Of a stretch of 64,000 nt of DNA, positions 24,661-37,921 are shown piece after piece. The notes beneath the pieces were generated by a model. The model searched no databases, had not been told where the DNA came from, and saw nothing but the letters and a program-made list of their open reading frames with translations. The position numbers and the translations under genes are program-made. The first letter of the stretch is position 1, and every line of letters starts with the position of its first letter. Source of the stretch: Narcine bancroftii (taxonomy: Eukaryota); contig NC_091473.1 of NCBI RefSeq assembly GCF_036971445.1, positions 206,026,001 through 206,090,000 on the forward strand, given 5' to 3'.

Positions 24661-27600
24661 TGTCACATTTGTGGCCCGAAATGTGAAGTTAATGAAACAT
24701 TAAACACAAGTTTATCAGGTAAACTTCTTAGTGTCTTTTTATTCTCCCGTTTCCTTTGTTCTCCTGCGTGTGTTCTTATCTCCCTCTCATACCACGTGAC
24801 TTCCGGTATATCTCATACATATTCATTATCATGACATCGCTCCTTTAATCAGAAATAAACTTTACCTTCACTTACCAATATCCCTCGGAAACATACAAAC
24901 ATCGTAACTAATGGTAATACTATAACTCAACTACATAAAATTTACTTCCTACAGCATTCATACATGCACTTTATGATATAGGATTAAATACTGTCCCAAA
25001 GTTCTTATTAAAACTATGGCACAAAGTCTTCGTATCGTTTGGGCACTTTCTGGTTTCGTTTCGGCCTGCCTGCGATATTGTCGTCGCTTCTCGGTTGTTC
25101 ACTCTCGGCGTCGGAAATACTGCTCGCCACGGCTTTGGGTGTTTCTGGCGCTCTAGTCACTTCATCAGGAGTGCTGGTAACTGCCTCTGGAACATCATCA
25201 GGTCTCTCAGTTTCAGCATCTCGTATTGGCCTTTCAACCTCTTCACTCGATATATCTCTGGACTGGTACCTTTTTACAGTCAGAGACTTGACTGTCACCA
25301 TACTGCCACTTCTGGATACGACAGTATAGGGTTGATGGTAATAAGGTGTGTCTAGCTTACCACCAGTTTCATGCCTCACTAGAACATTATCTCCTGGCAT
25401 GATGTCTGAGTACTTGGCCCCACGTTTCGAATCTGTGTACAGCTTTGCTGCACCTTTCTTTTCAGCATCGTGGTCCCTCATCTCCTGATCGTCTCGGATT
25501 TCCTTTATTTCTGGCATTTTTGTGCGGATTTTTCTCCCAAAAAATGCTTCTGCAGGACTTTTTCCAGTGGTTGCATGAGGTGTTGCTCGATAGACAGCCA
25601 CATAAGATAGCAATGCTTCTCGCCAATTTTGTCCTTCTGCGTGTGCAATCCTTAATCGTTTTTCAATGGACTGATTTTGTCTCTCTACTTCTCCATTGGC
25701 TTGCGGCCATTTCGGAGTTACTTTATGATGGTGGATACCTGTGGACCTCATGTATTCCGCAAATGTCTCTGAAATGAATTGTGGACCATTGTCAGAGTAC
25801 AATGTAACAGGTAATCCATATCTTGCGAATATCTCTGCTAACGCTTGTATTGTTTTTTCAGTGGTTGTGGACTTCAACACCACGTACTCATAGTACCTGC
25901 TGTAGTAATCTATCACTACCATAATTGATTCACCCATCGGTAAAGGTCCAAGAAAATCAACAGTTACGTTGATCCATGGTCCTGTCGGGAGTTGCGTACT
26001 CTGGATCGGTTCTGGCGGATTACTCCTACTTGTGATTTGACATCCGTGACAAGTTTTAACAAATTTCTCTGCGTCTTTATCACAACATGGCCACCATACC
26101 TTGGTTCTGAGGTTTTGCTTGGTACCAACAATGCCTAGGTGTCCTTCATGCGCTAAGGATATGATCTTTGGTCTCAATCTTTGCGGTATCACCAATCTGC
26201 AACCTCTTAATACACACTGTCCGATGCAACAAAGTTCGTCTCTAATGGAAATGTAAGCCTTGTGAGTACACTTGTCCCATTGTCCACTCTGTATGCATTC
26301 TCTTACTTCCATCAGTTCTGGATCACGTTTGGATTCTCTCTCGACTTCCTTCGTAGTCACAGCTTTCGGTGTCGCCTTAATAGCTATGAAGCGTACAAAG
26401 CTCTGTGTTTCTGTTCCCAATTCTGACTTGGATTGTGGACCTCCATCCTTCACCAATCTGGACAGCGGATCTGCAATGTTTGCTTCCCCTGCAATGTGGA
26501 TTACTTTATATTTGTAGGGTTGTAGTCTGAGTACCCATCTCTCTATTCTGGCACATGGTTTGGATCTAGGTGCATAGATCACCTCTAATCGCTTATGATC
26601 TGTGATGAGTTCAAATTCAATGCCGTATAAATATGCATGGAACATCTCACAGGCCCATACAAGTCCGAGTGCTTCTTTCTCTGTCTGAGAGTATCTTCTT
26701 TCCATATCAGATAACGATCTGCTGTCATAGGCAATGATTCTTGGTCCTCCATCATGCATCTGGACCAACACGGCTCCTAAATCAACCTGGCTGGCATCCG
26801 TTATGACTTTGGTTGATGCCGCCGGATCGTAATATCCAAGAGTTTTTGCATCTGTCAGGCTTTGCTTCAGCGCTGTGAACGCTTTCTTCTGCTCAGATCC
26901 AAAATGAAATGGTACACCTTTCCTGGTTATTTTCCTTATTGGTTCTGCCACTGTAGCGAAATTAGGAATGAACTTTGCAGAAAAATTGACCAATCCCAGG
27001 AAACTCCTCACCTCTGTTACGTTCTGAGGTGCACGTGCCTCTGCAATAGCTTTCACCTTGGCCTCTGCAGGGTTTAGTCCTTCCTGTGTAAGTCTGTGTC
27101 CCATGAAGTCCATTTCTAACACACCGAACTGGCACTTGTTTCCATTCACTGTAAGGCCTGCTTCCTGTAGTCTAGATAGTACACGCCTCAACCGTTTGTC
27201 ATGCTCTTCCTTCGTTGGTGCATGGACTATGATGTCGTCAGAAATGTTTGCAACTCCAGGAATGCCTTGAATCACTCGATGGATTTCATACTGGTAGATC
27301 TCCGAAGCTGCATTAATTCCAAATGATAGTCTCTTGTAACGATACAATCCACAGTGAGTTACAAATGTAGTTACATCTCGGGAACCTGGATCCAGATCTA
27401 ATTGATGATAGCCCCATTTCAAATCAATTTTTGAGAATATCTTGCTGGTAGTTAGTTCTTGAAGTATTTCCTCCACTGTTGGTATAGGGTGTCGTTCTCT
27501 AATTATAGCTTCATTGGCCATTCTCATGTCAACACATAGTCTTATGTCACCCTTTGGTTTGGGCGCAATCACTACGGGACTGACCCATTGTGTCGAATGT

Positions 27601-29387
27601 TCTACCGGTTCATTAATGTCTTGTTCCATCAATTCTTTAATTTTGGCTTCGACTTTCCCACGAAGTCCAAACGGAGTTCGGCGCATTGGTTGTGCCTTGG
27701 GTTTGACCGTTTCGTCTACCGCTAGCTTCAATTGTCAAACTTTCAGCTTTCCTACTCCTTGGAAGACTGCAGGGAATTCTTGCTTCATAACCTCGTATGA
27801 CTGAATTGAATTGACACAAGCTCCAATATGAAGTATTGCCAGGTCTTCCGCTGTTCTTCTACTCAGCAATGGTTCTCCCCTCTCTTCTATGACCATAAAC
27901 TCTGCTTCGGTGTACTTATCTCCAGCTTCAGCAGTTGCAGTAAAACATCCAATGGTCTGCAATGGCTTGGTTGCTATGTATGGATACAGTTTCTTGGAAC
28001 ACTTCTTTGAGGTACAGATGATCTTTTTCCTTTTCAACTTCTCCCATAAATGTCGATCAATCACATTACTGTCACTGCCTGAGTCTACAATGACCTGCAC
28101 TGTCACTCCACCAATGATCACTGCGACCTTCTTATGATGTACTTCATTCAACGTAAATTGGTAACAACTCTGTCCCTCCTGGATATCATCATCGTCACCG
28201 TCTATCTGGCGAATGGTATCTTTCTTTCCAGGATACTTTCCTTTCCCCCATGCTTTGCCTTTGGAAGTTGTACTCTTCCTCTTCTGGTCTGCATTGGACT
28301 TGCGTTTGCACTTCTTTGCAAAGTGGTCCTTACCTCCACACTTTCTGCAAACTTTGCCTTTGGGCGGGCAATATGGGTCTTTTCCAAAGTGATCTCGGTT
28401 TCCACATTGATAACACTCCACGTCCTGTGTCGACGTATATCTTGGCTGATCATGGCGATGTGAGAGCCTCTTAATTTGCTGGCTTGAGTTGTCTTTCAGG
28501 GTCATGGGATGAAATTTCCCTTCAACAGCATCTAATGCAGCAGCAATGGTTAAAGCATCAGTGAGTTCCAACTCACTCCCTCTTTCCAGTAGACGTCTTC
28601 TGAGTTTATCTGATCTGCAGTGCTGTACGACTTGATCCAATAATTGATTGTCCAAATCAGCTGGCATGTAATTGCATCCAACAGCTAGCTGGCGTAGTCT
28701 CGTCACGTACTGAGCAATTGTCTGGCCATCTTCTTGTCTCGTTCTCTGAAACAAATGGCGTTGAAATGTAGCATTCGGTGTCACTACATAGTGTGCATTT
28801 AATGCATCTACCGCTTTCTGGTACTCATCTTTTTTTCCAGTGTTCAAAAGTGTCTTAAATGTTTCCTGAACTGAGGGTCCTGCAGTGAAAAGAAGTAACG
28901 CCCTCCTCTGCACTTTTTGTTCAACTGTACCGGTATCTAGAAATAGGCCATGACTGTCGTCGTAGGATTCAAATTCTTCCAGCCATGCCTTCCACTTCAC
29001 ACTTACAGTGCTTGCATCACCAATCAGGTCAAAATGAGCAATTCCACTATGTGTTAGAAAGTCACCGTCTTCACCAGCCATGAGGAAATATTCCAGCCCC
29101 AAAAGTACTGAGTCACAGAGAAAATTCTTATCACCTTGAAGTTGTCTGTAATCCTCTGTAATCTTGCTTAGTCTTTAATTTTCTTCAAGCTTCTTTCATC
29201 CTCGTCGCCAATGTCACATTTGTGGACCGAAATGTGAAGTTAATGAAACATTAAACACAAGTTTATCAGGTAAACTTCTTAGTGTCTTTTTATTCTCCCG
29301 TTTCCTTTGTTCTCCTGCTTGTGTTCTTATCTCCCTCTCATACCACATGACTTCCGGTATATCTCATACATATTCATTATCATGACA
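24661..29387 (-). mobile_element. Near-intact Gypsy/Ty3 LTR retrotransposon (Mag-like)
   Basis: 176-bp TG..CA LTRs at 24661-24836 and 29212-29387 with 3 differences seen; 5-bp TSD GGCAT at 24656-24660 and 29388-29392; PBS rc TGGCGACGAGGA at 29199-29210; PPT next to 24837. Confidence 0.97.
25014..29081 (-). pseudogene. Single gag-pol polyprotein (two CCHC knuckles, PR, RT, RNase H, IN) with one in-frame TGA at 27735-27737
   Basis: CYQCGNRDH..C, CRKCGGKDHFAKKC, IVDSGS, NISDDIIV, TDAS, AHEGHLG..CHGC, SDNGPQF..NGEVER; the two ORFs are in the same frame. Confidence 0.93.
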
Positions 29388-31406
29388 GGCATCTTCCAGG
29401 TCTTTTCACCTGAAGAGTTTGTAAATAGTTCCATAAGCGCATTTTTGCCTCCACTGGTTGCAACGGATTCCATCCCAAAACACAAAATATATGCGTCTAT
29501 TCAGGATAATTTGAACAAGTAAATTGTCTTAAGTGCATATAAAACTGTTGAAAACCGGGAGAGGCAAAGGAAGTAAAGACAAATCATATGTGTGGTTAGT
29601 GCAAATATGCTTTCAATTGTTAGTATTGATTGGATGGGTGGTAGGGCCTTTTTCTGGGCTGATGTCTCTGACAAATACCGTGGCATTATCCTTAGCCTCT
29701 GAGACAATTGTCGTTGTGCAGAACATTTCGAAGTTTGGATAACTATTTACAAAAAATGTCTTGTTCAAACTGNNNNNNNNNNNNNNNNNNNNNNNNNNNN
29801 NNNNNNNNNNNNNNNNNNNNNNNNNNNNNNNNNNNNNNNNNNNNNNNNNNNNNNNNNNNNNNNNNNNNNNNNNNNNNNNNNNNNNNNNNNNNNNNNNNNN
29901 NNNNNNNNNNNNNNNNNNNNNNNNNNNNNNNNNNNNNNNNNNNNNNNNNNNNNNNNNNNNNNNNNNNNNNNNNNNNNNNNNNNNNNNTGTGTGTTTGTTT
30001 GTGTGTGTCTGTGTGTGTGTGTGTGTGTGTCTGTGTGTGTGTGAGATAAAGAGAGAGAGAAGCGGATGTACAAAAGACAATGAGAGAATACATGTTGGAG
30101 AATTACTATTATGGATTGAGAGAGAGAAGCGGATGTACATGAGACAAAGAGCGAGAATAACTATTGTAGAATTACTAATTGAGTTTGATAACATCGACCC
30201 AAAGTTGGGACATGAAGATTCGTTTTCGAAATCATGGGATAACGAGAGAAGCATACAGATTCAAGCGCAAACAGATATCTAGGACAAACAGTAGGTGAGA
30301 GCGTAAGCAGGAGAGACAGAGACATTGAGATAGATGGACAACAGTCGCTGAAAAACATTGAATGCACATAAATGAAGAAGACATGCAGAACCATAGAACT
30401 TGCCCACTCGGATAAAAATGCCCCACTCAAAGTTATTCCACATGCCTATATTTCGCCGACATCTTTCCAATCCCGACAACATTCCGTCTCTTTGTATTTA
30501 CTATTGCAATAGCATGTACCTCAATCAAACCTGATATTAGGTCACATAATGACATTATTTCGGGATACCAGGTTACAATTTAGATTGGATTGGAGAATAT
30601 GCTGAAATTGTGAAGCCACTAAGAAAAATAATGAAGGAAACAGGACAGACAGGCATGATAAATCTTTTACAATGGAATGAGGAGGAAGAAACAGACTTAA
30701 CACCATTAAGCATGAATTACAGTTATCTCCAGCCCTAGCCTTTCCTATTTCCAAGAAGAATTTTCGTCTACATATATCCAACAGGCAGGAAGGCTGTGCC
30801 GCCGCAGAGCTAATGCAGGAAATTTGGATTAGGGAAGCAAAACAGCAAATAGCATACTACAGTAGAAAATTGGATGAGGTGGCTTAGGTATACCCGCCCT
30901 GCCACCAGGCACTAGTTACATTACACGATGTGTATGAAAAAAGCATCTGTGGCCGTGGACATCCCTTGATCCTGTACACAAACCATAAGAAAACAGAGCT
31001 GGTGGACAAGGGAAAGTGTGTGCTGACACCAGCCAGGATAGCAGAATTTCAAATTTATTGACATTTCCAGATAAAACTATGCAGCAGGAGTAGCAATGCT
31101 GATAATTTCCCGTTTGGTTATGAGGGAGAACCCCACGATTGTGTTGGAGAACAATGGTATTTGCTAAATTAAGAGAGGAGTTACAGTCACAACCCCTGGA
31201 TGATGAAGACAAGAAGGTCTTGTTTATCGTCTGCTCTTGTTATAGGGATCACAGTGGAAATGAATGCCGGGTTTGCAGTGGTAGAACAGGATCAGTCGTA
31301 CTTTAATGTAATCAAATTAGGAGCTTTCCTGCAAGCTTGCTCAACGAAATTTGCAGAAACTAAATCTCGGACAGCAGCATGAGAAATGATGGAAGGTGGA
31401 AATGTT

Positions 31407-31783
31407 TGTGGCGGCCGTGTAGAGGGTTTTGCGGGTGCACAGGGCGGCAACGCGAACAGCAGAACCATAATACGGACACTGCATACTCCCCTAATGGTCC
31501 GCATGTGAGAGATTCCCAATGCTGAGGAGCGGCAGGTTGAGCTATTGAGTTTCCCGCCAGAAGACGCGAGGCACTTAACAAGGTTAAATTTAAACCTGCC
31601 GATCCCATGGATCAGGCGCAATCTCATCGTGAGTTCTCGCCTTGTCCCGCCGAGCCCGGGACATGCAGTATATAAAAGAAGCCTGTGAACCCTGAATAAA
31701 CCAGTCTTCAGTTGACTAGACTGGCGTGTGTTTTTTTTTAATTTTGCATTACTTTTCAGTAGCTCTATCGTAGTAGCTGATAA
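31407..31783 (+). mobile_element. Solo LTR inserted in the ERV RNase H region
   Basis: GC-richer block starting TGTGGCGGC with TATAAAA near 31671 and AATAAA near 31695; flanks rejoin as a ..DIYTD-like RNase H motif. Confidence 0.6.
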
Positions 31784-33225
31784 AGTTTGATATTTACACA
31801 GATTAAGCACTTGTCCATTGGTTACCGTGTTTGTTGTTTGGGACAGTGCGGGTTCAAGAAGAGTAACGGAGACCACATACAGCAGTATCAAAAAATTTCA
31901 GATTTGATTAAAGCATTAACGAATCTAGAGTACTGGCCGTCATTAAATGCCAACTACATAAGAAAGGAAATGACATGATAACAAAGGGATTTCAGGCTGC
32001 GGCAAAGCAGACAGTAAATTTTCCCCATGTGAGTTAGCCGTTATTGCATTTCAGGTAAGCCTGGATCTAGAACCCACAAAGGAGAACACAATCGTAATGC
32101 AGGAATGATAGTGACATTTTTGACAAATAAAGTAATTCCAAGATTTGGTAAACCTACAGAGATCAGATCGGACACCGCCTCCAAAAACTAGTTAAACTGG
32201 TATTACAAACTCTGAGAATAAATCAGAGGTTTGGAAGTGTGCATCACGGTGTATGGTGGAAAGAATTAATGGGACTCTGACAGCTAAATGGAACAAGAAC
32301 TGTGTGAGCACTAGGCTCAATTGGATCGACCACTGCCGCTGGTATTGATGAGTTAACGAATGCTGAATAATCGTATGACACATATGATACCACAAGAAAT
32401 GTTTACTGATAGGCCGAAATGGAGGGCCTTGTATAAAGGGCCAAGTTTGGAACAGCTGGACATGTAACTCAAACAGTACATGCAACAGCTAATTATGATA
32501 CATAAGTCTATCCATACACAGGAAAAACAAAAGGAGCTGAGAATGACCAGGAGGAAGTACCTATTAAATCTGGAGGACAGGTTTATATACGGGGATTCCG
32601 CAGGAAGTGGAATGAACCGAGAAGGGAAGGGCCATTCACGGTAATCAAGGTGTCACCTACTGCTGGCCAAGTACTTGGTTGAGCTACATGGTGCCATCTC
32701 AATGACGAGTGCAACCTGATACTGAGCCTGAGTTAAGTGAGACAGAAGAAGGGATGACAGAGGAAGAACAGGAGGATCTGACAAGTGATACCTCCCTGCA
32801 AGGGTTCGATAAAGTCATAAATGAGGTTTCAGAGCCATCGATGGACCTGTCGAAGTCAGTCCTTCTCATGCTAGTTGGGAAAATGTCGTTTGGGGACAAC
32901 CAATAACGCACCCAACAATGAAAACATACCTCCCCACATATGTGCAGATTTGGAAATCATCAATTTGGCAGATATGGCCTGGTATTATGCCATAGAAATC
33001 GAAAGAAATAATCCGGGAGGCAAGGAGCATCATCTCTTACTCATTGCCGTGGTCGCACGCACGTATCAACCATTGATTTAAGTGGGCAAACTTTACCACA
33101 AAGACAATGTCTCGACAGAACTGTTATTACTTTTCAAATATAACACCAGTACAATATATAGTGCCCATGCCACATGTCTCAGCATGCACTGCATGCCACC
33201 TTAAAAGATTGGCACAATGTGGGGG

Positions 33226-36200
33226 TGTGATAGTACGGATCTCTCTCCAATGTATATAATGTATAGAGTTACTCTATCTAGACTGTACTTACAGTGATTG
33301 GCTGAGAGCTAAGCCACACCTATTGTCTCGGCCACCTGTGAAGAGCTCCTGTCTTTTGCTAATAAAAGCGTTGGTTTAGATCAAGTCTTTGATTCTTTCA
33401 ACGAGCTTTACAATTTTATTAGCAAAAAGAATTTATTTTGAAAGGGATGGAGCATTTAACTCGGCCAGAAAAACTTGATATCGACCCACAGTCAGCTACA
33501 GCCTTCAAAACCTTTAACGTCTGGCTGCTGAACTTTGAAAACTTCCTGAGATTCATTGAGGTGGAGGAGGATAACCAGCGTCTAACAGCATTGCTGTCTA
33601 TGGTGTCCTTGAGAGTCTATGAGAACATCCAGGATGAGACCACTTACACCACAGCCATGAAGGTACTGAAAGAACTGTATCATCAACCGGTGAACAGAGT
33701 TCATGCCCGGCTCGTGCTTGCTTCGAGTAAGCAACAGCCCGGCGAATCCAGCAGGGCATATTTACAAGTATGAACAGTGTTGGGCAAGGACTGTAACTGT
33801 GTGGACAAAACTGCTGCTGAGATAACAAACGATCTCGTCTGGGATGCCTATGTGGCCGGGTTCGGATCGAATGAAGTGAGGCTGTGCTTGCTCGAGCAAG
33901 GGGTAGAAAAACTAGAGGACGTGGCCTGGATTGCAATCACAATGGAGGATGCAGCCTTAAAGTCCACCGAGCTCTTTAGGGACTGGACCCCTCATTCTGA
34001 TGAGTAGAGTGCCCTTCTACTGTACCACCCCCTGAGATACTGACGGCCTATCGGCTGCTGCTACTCTGCCCCGTGCGAACCCAAAATGTAATTTCTGCGG
34101 GAGGGACAAGCACAGCAGGTCCCAGTGCCCAGCAAGAAAAGCCAGGTGCCAGAAGTGCCTTAAAAAGGGCCACTTTGCTGCAGTCTGTAGGTCTAAAATG
34201 GCCGCCAGAAAACACAGTGGCTCGTGTGAAGCCCAATCGCCACTATCCCATTCAAACTCTTCTTCCCCAGAGCTCTCGTCCAATGAGAGCGAAGGCACAC
34301 CTGCACGGCAACGCCTGACGTCACAGAGATGCCCAACCCGGAAGGGACAGCCCACCCTGGCAACCATGGTGTTGGCCCGCCTTTCGACCCCGTGCGGAAC
34401 ACTCGACCCGGCCTCGGTCTCGACTGTGGCTACCGCTGCTGCTGCCTCCACCACAGACACCCCCGGAGCCGACGCTACCAGTGCTGCTGCCGCCGCCACA
34501 GCCACCCCTGCGGCCAACCAGGTACTCACCCAAGCGTCCATCGCTGACGACCGCCGGGGTCCGACCGCCGCGACCGACGACCTACCCACCGCCAACCGCA
34601 AGCAACTACAAACCCCACTACTTACCTTTCATCCGTCGACGCAGTCACAACATCACTTCAGGGTGTTCCTCCAACCTGCTCCTCCAGCGTTGACAAAGTA
34701 ATCACGTTGCGTTACGTCATAGCGTTATGTGACGTCATCCAGTTGCGTGACGTCATCACGCGAAACTCCCCTGTCAACTGCTGCAATAACACTAAACCAG
34801 CAATGCTCTCATCCCCTCACCAGAGCAATGGAACTGATTAAAGTGCATGGACACTACACCAATTGATTATTTGAATCTGGGTCAACTGACAGCTTTATCC
34901 AGCCAGATCTGGCGCTCCGTTGGGGACTTAACATTATCCCCACTATCCAGAGGATCTCATTAGCAATGAGGTCGCACTCGACTGGGATAAAGGGGTATTG
35001 CATCGCCACGCTAGAAGTACAGGGCGTAATGGTCACCCACTTCAAATTATTCGTCCTTCCCCAATTGTGCGCCGCAATGTTGCTGGCATTAGACTTTCAG
35101 TGTCAGTTCCGAACAGTGTCCCTACACTTAAGGGGACCCCACGCCCCCTTCTCGGACTCCTATCACTCCACCCCCGAAGCAACTGAGCAACACGCCCCCA
35201 TGCCCCGGGGCCAATCCTGCGGCCTTTCCACAGTCCGGATTGCCCCACCAGCACTCTTCACAAACCTCACCCCTGGCTGGAAGCCTGTGGCCACCAAAAG
35301 TCGGCAATATAGTTACGAAAACAGGCAATTCATTAGGAGTGCTGGATGAGGTCATCATCGAACCCAGTTCAAGCCCCTAGAGAGCCCAAGTGGTAGTTGT
35401 CAAGAACAGGGGGAAAACTACGGATGGTGGTCGACTATAGCCAGACCATTAACCACTTCATGCTCCTGGATTCGTACCCACTGCCACGCATCATGGATGT
35501 GGTGAACCAGATCGCCCAATACTGCATATTCTCCACCATTGTCCAACGTTCGGCCTACCACCAGCTCGCGATCCACTGTGAGGACTGATCATTCACGGCC
35601 TTTGAAGCGAATGGGCAGCTATATCAATATCTCAGGGTACCATTCGGGGTCACGAATGGTGTCGCGGTCTTCCAGCGGAAAATGGACCAGATGGTGGACC
35701 AGAACGGGCTAACCACTACCTTACCATATCTGTTCAATATCATCATCTGCGGCCACGACACGCAGGACCATGACGCCAATCTAGACAAATTTCTTCAAAC
35801 TGCCCGTTGGCTGAACCTGACTTACAATTTGGACAAGTGTGTCTTCCGGACCACACGACTTGCTATTCTGGGTTGTGTGGTGGAGAACGGGATAGTCATG
35901 CCAGATCCTGACTGCATGCATCCCCTAATGGACTTACCCCCCCCCCCCTCTACCCAGAAAGTGCTCAAACGCTGCCTGGGCCTTTTGCCCAAAGGGTTCC
36001 ACACTATGCTGACAAGGCGCATCCTCTTATCAAGACCACCTCCTTTCCCCTCTCGACTGAAGCCAGAGCAGCTTTCGATCGAATCAAATCCAACATCGCC
36101 GCTGCGACGCTGCACGCGATCAATGACTCTGACACATTTCAAGTCGAGAGCGATGCATCCGACTTCGCCCTGGCAGCCACCTTGTACCTGGCAGGTCAGC

Positions 36201-37921
36201 CTGTTACCTTCTTCTCCAGAACCCTCCAGGGTCCAGAGAGTAAACACTCATCGATCGAGAAGGAGACCCAGGCCATAGCTGAAGCAATGCGTCGTTGGAA
36301 ACATTACATCGCTGGGAGGCACTTTACACTGTTGACTGATCAACGCGCGGTCTCCTTCACGTTCAGAAACATCCAGCGTGGTAAGATAAAAAATGATAAA
36401 ATCTCCAGATGGAGAATCGAACTATCCACCTTTAACTATGACATCCTGTACCGGCCTGGTAAGCTGAACGACCCGCCTGATGCGCTCTCCAGGGGGTCGT
36501 GCGCCAGCATACAGATGGACAGACTACAGAAACTCCATGAGGCGCTCTGTCATCCAAGGGTCACTAGGTTTGCCCACTTTGTGAAGTCACGCAACCTACC
36601 CTATACAGTCGAGGAGATCCACTCCATGACCTGAGCCTGTTCGGTGTGCACTGAATGCAAGCCCCACTTCTTCTGTCCAGATAACTCCCACGTTATCAAG
36701 GCCACCCACCGCTTCGAGCGTCTTAGCGTAGACTTTAAGGGGCCCCTACCATCTACCAACCGTAATACCTACATCCTTACGGCCATCGACGAGTACTCCC
36801 GCTTCCCATTCGCTGTGCCCTGCCCAGACACCACTGCCACCTCAGTGATACAGGCCCTTCACAGTATTTTCGCCATCTTCAGGTACCCCAATTCCATCCA
36901 CAGTGATAAGGGGTCCTCATTCATGAGCGCAGAGCTGCGACAGTACCTTCTGGAGTGTGGTATCATGTCAAGCAGGACCACGAGCTATAACACACGCAGT
37001 AACGGCCAGGTCGAGAGGGAGAATGCCACCATATGGAGAGCGGTTACACTGGCTCTCCGGTCTAAAGGTCTCCCCACCTCTCACTGGCAGGAGGTTCTCA
37101 CTAGTGCCTTACACTCCATCCACTCCCTCCTATGTACTGCAACAAATGCCACCCCCCACGAAAGGATGTTCCTTTTCCCGAGGAAATCCGAATCAGGAAC
37201 CACTGTACTGGCATGGCTCACCGTCCCTGAGCCCGTTCTTTTGCGACGCCACATCCGGCACTCAAAGAATGACCCCTTGGTCGACTGAGTGATTCTACTC
37301 CACGAGAACCCACATTACGCCTACGTTGAATTCCCAGATGGTCGGGAGGACACTGTTTCGGTGCTGGACCTAGCTCAAGACGTGGTGGACCCAGCAAACC
37401 CCCCAACCCAACCTTCCACAACTCTTTATTCCCCAGACCCTGTGCCACAACAGAAGGTCCAACAGCACCCCAATGACCCGGGCCACCCTGCCGACAACAC
37501 GACTGGGGAATTGAGCGATGGAGCAGTCGCACCCAATGAGCCCGCCGGCGACACCACTCCAGCGACCCCAATCCCGGCACCATGGCGGTCACGCAGGATG
37601 GTCAGACCCCCTGACCACTACAGTCCTTGACCTACCCCTTCCTTTCATTCTCTCCCTCGTTTTTATTTTTTTTTCCAGGGGTCAGTTTTCCAAGAATGGG
37701 TGAATGTGATAGTACAGATCTATCACCAATGTGCATAGTGTATATATTTACTGTATCTAGACTGTGCTTACAGCGATTGGATGAGAGCTAAACCACACCT
37801 ATTGTCTGGGCCTTAAAGGGTTGTGTCCCTAGCCAGGTTTGATCATTCCAGACTGGTCGGCCACCTGTGAAGAGCTCCTGTCTTTTGGATCAAGTCTTTG
37901 ATTTTTTCAATGAGCTCTTCA
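33226..37921 (+). mobile_element. Gypsy LTR retrotransposon inserted in ERV env; gag-pol (about 33447-37630) decayed
   Basis: LTRs at 33226-33412 and 37705-37921 with reciprocal deletions; GGGGG on both flanks; PPT before 37705; gag RPEKLDIDP, CCHC knuckles, RMVVDYS, SSIEKE, VDFKGPLP..HSDKG..NGQVERE. Confidence 0.92.

Noticed and set aside
29613-30282. Long ORFs containing X runs or VC/HT/RE repeats (also at 18414-18934, 38961-39376, 58086-58817)
   Set aside because: Artifacts of N gaps and dinucleotide microsatellites.
31292-31891. 199-aa minus-strand ORF with a signal-peptide-like start
   Set aside because: It runs antisense across ERV pol and the solo LTR, and has no recognisable domain.
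34017-34701. Ala/Thr/Ser-rich ORFs on both strands as a novel gene
   Set aside because: Low-complexity spacer between gag and protease of the Gypsy element.
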